A stretch of DNA of 64,000 bases, from assembly GCF_009914755.1 (NCBI RefSeq), contig NC_060940.1; one strand, given 5' to 3'. The DNA comes from the human T2T-CHM13v2.0 reference genome, Homo sapiens. Position 1 is the first letter of the stretch. Each line of letters begins with the position of its first letter. Below the pieces are notes generated by a model that did no database searches, was not told where the DNA came from, and worked only from the letters and a program-made list of their open reading frames with translations. Of the stretch, positions 57,955-64,000 are shown piece after piece. Position numbers and translations under genes: made by a program.

Positions 57955-60900
57955 GATGAATCCACTCGATTCCATTTGATGATTATTCCATTGGAGTCCA
58001 CTTAGTGAATCCTTCAGATTCTACTCGAAGATGATTCCATTCAAGTCCATTCGATGATACCATTCAATTCCATTCGTTGATGCTTCCATTCAAGTGCATT
58101 CGATGATATCATTCGATTCCATTTGATGATAATTCCATTTGATTCCATGCGATGATTCTATTCGATTCCATTCAATGATAATTCCATTCAGTTCAGTGAT
58201 TCCTCTGGACTCCATTTGATGATGATTCCATTCAATGATTCCATTCGATTCTATTCCAAAATGATTCCATTTGAATCCATTTGATGATGATTCCATTAGA
58301 TTCCATTTGGTGATTCCATTCGATTCCATGCGACGATGATTCCATTCGATTCCATGTGATGATTCCATTCTATTCTATTCGATGATGATTCCATTCGATT
58401 CCATTCGATGATGATTGGATTCGATTCCATTTGATGATTTCATTTGATTCCATTCGTTAATGATTTCGATCAACTCCATTCGATGATTCCATTCGATTCC
58501 ATTCGATAATGATTACATCCGTGTCCATTCAGTGATTCCATTTGAGCCCGTTCAATAATTCCATTTGAGTCCAACCAATGATTCCATTCATTTCCATTCA
58601 ATGATTCCATTCGAGTCCATTTGATCATTCCGGTAGGGTCCATTCGATGTTGATTCCATTGGAGTGCATTCGATGATTCCATTCGAGTCTATTTTATGAT
58701 TTGATTCGAGTCCTTTCGATGATTCCATTCGATTCCACTCGATGATGATTTCATTCGAGTCCATTCGACACTTCCAATCGATTCCATTTGATGTTTCCAT
58801 TCGAGTCCAATTGATGATTCCATTCAATTCCATTCGATGATGATTCCGTACGATTCCATTCTGTGATGATTCCATGTGATTGCATTCAATGATGATTCCT
58901 TTAGATTGCATTCGATTGTGATTCATTTCGTCTTCATTCTATGGTTCCACAGGTTTCCATTCATGTCCATTCCATTATTCCATTCTATTCCATTTGATGA
59001 TGATTCCATTCGATTCCATTCATTGGTGATTCCACTCAATTCCATTCAATGATTCCATTCCATTTCTTTCAACAATGATTCCATTAGTTTCTAATCGATG
59101 ATCCACTTGATTCCATTTGACGACGATTCCATTCTTGTCCATTCGATGATTCCATTTGATTCCATATGATGATGATTCCATTCGATTCCATACCATGATG
59201 ATTCCATTCGAGTCCATTCAATGGTGATTCCATTCAATTCCATTCGATGATTCCTTTCGATTCCATTCGATGATGATGGCATTCGATTCCTTTCAATCAT
59301 TCCCTTTGATTCCATTCAAAGGTGATTTCATTCAAGTCCATTCGATAATTGCATTCGATTCCATTCTATGATGATTCCATTCGAGTCCATTTGATGATTC
59401 CATTCAATTCAAGTCAATGATGATTCCATTCGATTCCATTCGATGATTCCATTGGATTCCATTCGATGATGATTCCATTCAAATCCATTCGATAATTCAA
59501 TTCAAGTCCATTCGATGATGATTAAAATCGAATCCATTCAAAGATTCCATTCAGTTCCATTCGATGATTCCCTTAGATTCTATTCGATGATTCCACTTGA
59601 TTCCATTTACGATGATTCCATTCGATTCCATGTGATGATTCCATTCAATTCTATTCAATGCTGTTTCCATTTGATTCCATTCGACCATGATTGCCTTTGA
59701 TTCCATTCAATGACTCCATTCGGTTCCCTTTGATGATGATTCCGTTCGATTCCATTTCATTATTCCATTTGATTCCATTGGATGAGTCCATTCGATTACA
59801 TTCGATGATTATTCCATTCGAGTGCATTAGATGATTCCATTCGAGTCCATTCGATGATTCCATTCGATGTTGATTCTGTTCAAATCCATTCGATGATTCC
59901 ACTCGATTCCATTCGATGACTCCAGTTGATCCCATTCGATGATTTCCTTTGATTCCCTTTGATGATCATTCCATTTGATTCAATTCGGTGATTTCATTTG
60001 ATTCCATTCAGTGATGTTTCCATTCGACTCCATTCGATGATGATTCCATTCGACTCCATTCGATTATGATTTCATTCAATTCCATTCGATAATGATTCCC
60101 TTCGAGTCCATTCGATGATTCCATTCGATTCCATTCAACGATGATTTGATTCGTGTCCATTCGATGATTCCATTTGATTCCACTTGATGATGATTCCATT
60201 CGAGTCCATTTGATGATTCCATTCAATTCCATTCTCCGATGATTTCTTTTGAGCCCATTCAATGCTTCCACTCGATTCCATATGATGATGACTCCATTCG
60301 ATGAAATTCGATGATGATTCCATTCGCTTGCATTCGATGATGATTCCACTTGAGTCCATTAGAAGATTCTATTCAATTACATTCCATGACGATTCCGTTC
60401 GAGTCCATTTGATGATTCCATTAGACTCCATTCGATGATGATTCCATTCGATGTTATTCGATGATTCCATTCGATCTCATTCGATGATGATTCCATTCAA
60501 CTCCATTCGATGTTTCCATTCGAGTTCATTCTATTATTCCATTAGATTCCATTCGATGATGATTCCATTCGATTCCATTTGATGATTGCATTCTATTTCA
60601 TTTGATGATGATTCCATTCGAGTCCACTCGATGATTCCATTCGAGTCCATTTAATGAATCCATTGGTTTCAATTCTATGATGATTACATTGGATTACATT
60701 CGTTGATGATTTCATTCGGATCCATTCAATGATGATTCCATTCAATTCCTTTCAATGTTTCCATTCAATTCCATACGATGATGATTCCATTTGATTTGAT
60801 TCGACAGTGAGCCATTCGATTCAATTCCATGATGATTCTATTTGATTCAATTGGTTGACATTTACATTCGATTCCATTCGATGATGATTCCCTTTGATTC

Positions 60901-63900
60901 CGTTCAAAGATGATTCCATTCTAGCCCATTCAATCATTCCATTCGATTCTATTCAATGATGATTCCATTCATGTCGATTTGGTGATTCCATTTGACTTCA
61001 TTTGATGATGATTCCTTTCAAGTTCATTAGATGATTCCATTCGATTCCATTTGATGATGATCCCATTCGAGTCCATTCAGTGATTCCACTCGTTTCCATT
61101 CCATGATGATTCCATTCCATTCCATTCAATGATTCCATTCGATTCCGTTTGATGATGATTTCATTCGAGTCCATTTGATGATTCCATTTGATTCCATTCG
61201 ATGATGATTCCATTCGAGTCCATTCGATGATTCTATTCGAATCCATTTGATGATTTCTTTTGATTATAGTTAGTGATGATTCCATTGGAGTCCATTCAAT
61301 GATTCCATTTGATTCCAATCGATGGTGATTCCATTAGAGTCCATTTAATGATTCCATTTGATTCCAGTCTCTGATGATTACATTCGAGTCCATACGATGA
61401 TTCCACTGAATTCCATATGATGATGATTCCATTCGATTCCATTCGATGATTCCATTCTATTCTATTCAATGGTGATTCCATTCGAGTACATTAGATGATT
61501 CCATTCGATTCCATTCAATGATGATTCTATTTGTGTCCCTTAGATGATTCCACATGATTCCATTAGATGATGATACTATTTGAGCCCATCCAATGATTCC
61601 CTTCGATTCCATTCGATGAGGATTCCATTCGATTCAATTCATTGGTGATTCTATTCAATTCAATTCTTTGATTCCATTCCATTCCATTCGACAATGATTC
61701 CATTCGATTTCTTTCGATGATTCCACTCGATTCCACTTGACATTGATTCCATTCGATTCCATTCAATGATTCCATTTGATTCCAGTGGATGATGATTGCC
61801 ATCGATTCCATTCGATCACTCCATTCTATTCCATTTGATGATGATTACATTCGATTCCATTTGACGACTCCATCTGATTCTATTCGAGGATTCCATTTGA
61901 TTCCATTCGATGATGATTCCATTCGAGTCCATTCGATGATTTCATTCGAGTACATCCAATGATTCCATTCGAGTCCATTTGATGATTCCATTTGATTCCA
62001 TTTGATAATGATTCTACTAGAGTCCATTCAATGACTCCATTCGTGTCCATTCAACAATTCCATTCGACTCCATTTGATGATTCCATTCGATTCCATTTGA
62101 TGGTTCCATTCGAGTCCATTTAATCATTACAGTCGAGTCCATTTGGTGATTCCACCGGATTTCTTTTGATAATGATACCATACAATTAAATTTGATGATG
62201 ATCCCATTCAATTTCATTTGATGATGATTCCATTAGAGTCCATTCGATGATTTCATTCGAGTCCCTTCACTGATTCCATCCGATTTCATTGGATGGTGAC
62301 TCCATTCGAGTCCATTCGATGATTCCACTCGATTCCATTAGATGATTCCATTGGAGTCCATTTGATTGTTCCATTCGATTCCATTCGATTCCTTTCGAAG
62401 ATTATTCCATTTGAGTCCATTCGATGATGATTCCATTCCATTCCATTCGATGATTCCGTTTGATTCCATTCAATGATTCCCTTCGATTCCTCTCTTTGAT
62501 GATTCCATTCCATTCCATTCAATGATTCCATTCGAATCTATTCCATGATGATTCCTTTCGATTCCATTCGCTGATGTTTCCGTTCAATTCCATTCGATGA
62601 TGATTCCATTCGATTCCATTCATTGAGGATTCCATTTGATTCCATTAAATGATGATTCCGTTCTATTCCATTCAATGATTGCATTCAATTCCATTCAATG
62701 ATTATCCCCTTAGAGTAAACTCAACGATTCCATTCAATACCATTCGATGATGATTCCTTTTGAGTCCATTCAATGATTTCATTCAAGTCCATTTGATGAT
62801 TCCTTTCAATTCCATTCTATGATGATTCCATTCGAGTCCATTCGATGATTCCATTCGATTGCATTCGATTATTCCATTATATTCCAGTCAACGATGATTC
62901 CATTCGAGTCCATTCGATGATTCCATTAGAGTACATTTAATGATTGCTTTGTTTTCAATTCGAAGATGATTACATTGGATTCCATTCTATGATACCATTC
63001 GATTCCATTCAATGATGATTCCACTCAAATCCATTGGATGATTCCATTCGTGTCCATTCGGTGATTTCATTAGATTCCATTCGAGGATGATTCCATTCGA
63101 TTCCATTCGATGATTCCATTCAATTCCATTCGAGGATGATTCCATTCCAGTCCATATGATCATTCCATTTGATTTCATTCGATGATGATTCCATTCGATT
63201 CCATTCGATGATTCCATTCTATTCCATTCGATGATGATTCCATTCGAGTCCATTCGATGATTCCATTCGAGTCCATTTAATGATTCCATTGGGTTCAATT
63301 CAATGATGATTACATTGGATTCCGTTCTATGATTCCATTCAATTCCGTTCATTGACAATTTGATTCCATTCGATGATGATTCCATTTGAGTTCATTCGAT
63401 GATTCTATTCGATTCTCTTCGATGGTGATTCAATTCTATTATATTGGATGATTCCATTCGATTCCATTTGATGTTGATTCAATTCGATTCTATTCGATGA
63501 TGATTCCATTGGATTTCACTTGATGATTCTATTCGATTCCATTCAATGATGATTCACTTCTCGTCCATTGGATGATTCCATTTCATTCCATTCGATGATG
63601 ATTCCATTCGATTCCATTCGATGATTCCATTTGATTCCATGCGTCGGTGAGCAATTCGATTCAATTCCATGATGATTCTATTTGATTCAATTAGATGATG
63701 TTTCCATTCGAATCCATTCCATGATTATTCCATTGGAATCCATTCGGCGATGATTCCATATGAGTCAATTCAATGATGATTCCATATGGGTCCGTTCGAT
63801 GATAATTCCATTTGATTTCATTCGGTGCTTCTATTCAATTCCAGTCGATGATGATTCCGTTGGAGTCCATACGATGATTCCATTTGATTTCATTTGATGA

Positions 63901-64000
63901 TGATTCCATTCGATGATGATTACATTGGATTCCATTCTATGATTCCATTCAATTCCATTCGTTGATGATTCGATTCCATTCAATGATGATTCCATTTGAG
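57955..64000 (+). repeat. Higher-order unit, type B (projected 6,102 bp = 6112-10; truncated by the window end)
   Basis: Colinear with canonical B; private 10-bp deletion near 59860; lacks the 49-bp B' deletion. Confidence 0.88.

Larger units (their letters stand above)
1..64000 (+). repeat. Human satellite II (HSat2/HSATII) pericentromeric array, probably the HSat2B subfamily of 16q11.2
   Basis: The entire window consists of CATTCGATTC/CATTCGAGTC decamers separated by ATG or ATGATG (23/26-bp monomers). This is the HSat2 signature rather than the mostly pure (CATTC)n of HSat3. Orientation is constant. Chromosome assignment is inferred only from the ~6.11-kb period (about 0.7 confidence for that part). 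Confidence 0.98.

Noticed and set aside
47-63385. More than 150 short ORFs, nearly all on the minus strand (MESNGIIEWNRMESS-like, up to 132 aa)
   Set aside because: They are translations of the GGAATCATCATCGAAT repeat, which is rich in ATG and poor in stops on the minus strand while the plus strand is full of TGA. They are low-complexity, overlap in several frames, are broken at different places in different units, and show no domain, splice or promoter evidence.
1-64000. CRISPR-like repeat/spacer pattern
   Set aside because: No unique spacers and no cas genes; the variation is point divergence of tandem monomers.
1-64000. Embedded Alu/L1/ERV insertion, alpha satellite, telomeric repeat or inversion
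   Set aside because: No poly(A) tail, target-site duplication, 171-bp monomer, TTAGGG tract or switch to GAATG orientation was seen. Block Z is itself HSat2 in the same orientation.
1-64000. High CpG density as a CpG-island promoter
   Set aside because: The sequence is AT-rich, and CpGs come from the TCGA in the monomer; there is no GC-rich island or identifiable promoter.

Overview
The whole 64 kb window is one uninterrupted, single-orientation array of human-type classical satellite II (HSat2/HSATII), reading CATTC on the + strand. It is built from diverged 23- and 26-bp monomers (ATTCCATTCG-ATTCCATTCG-ATG[ATG]). No gene, RNA gene, transposon or CRISPR array is supported, and all listed ORFs are translation artefacts of the repeat. 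Using recurrent marker motifs, I reconstruct a canonical higher-order unit of 6,112 bp. That period matches the ~6.1 kb period I recall for the HSat2B array at 16q11.2; the assignment is inference, not verified. Unit order: partial 1.83-kb divergent block Z (1-1383), A 5854, B 6262, B 6138, B 6138, B' 6063, C+Z 4119, A 5902, B' 6063, C+Z 4130, A 5902, B (6102, truncated by the window). Each length reconciles exactly with 6112 through identifiable indels, most of them sums of 23/26-bp monomers. Notable structure: a recent ~16.09-kb tandem duplication (~27.7-59.9 kb), a divergent 1.83-kb module that replaces 3.78 kb of the unit, a non-tandem templated 49-bp insertion, a probable gene-conversion tract, and unit-type-dependent numbers of DUX4-consensus sites. 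I do not see evidence for a new gene-based biological system; the interest lies in satellite architecture and evolution.
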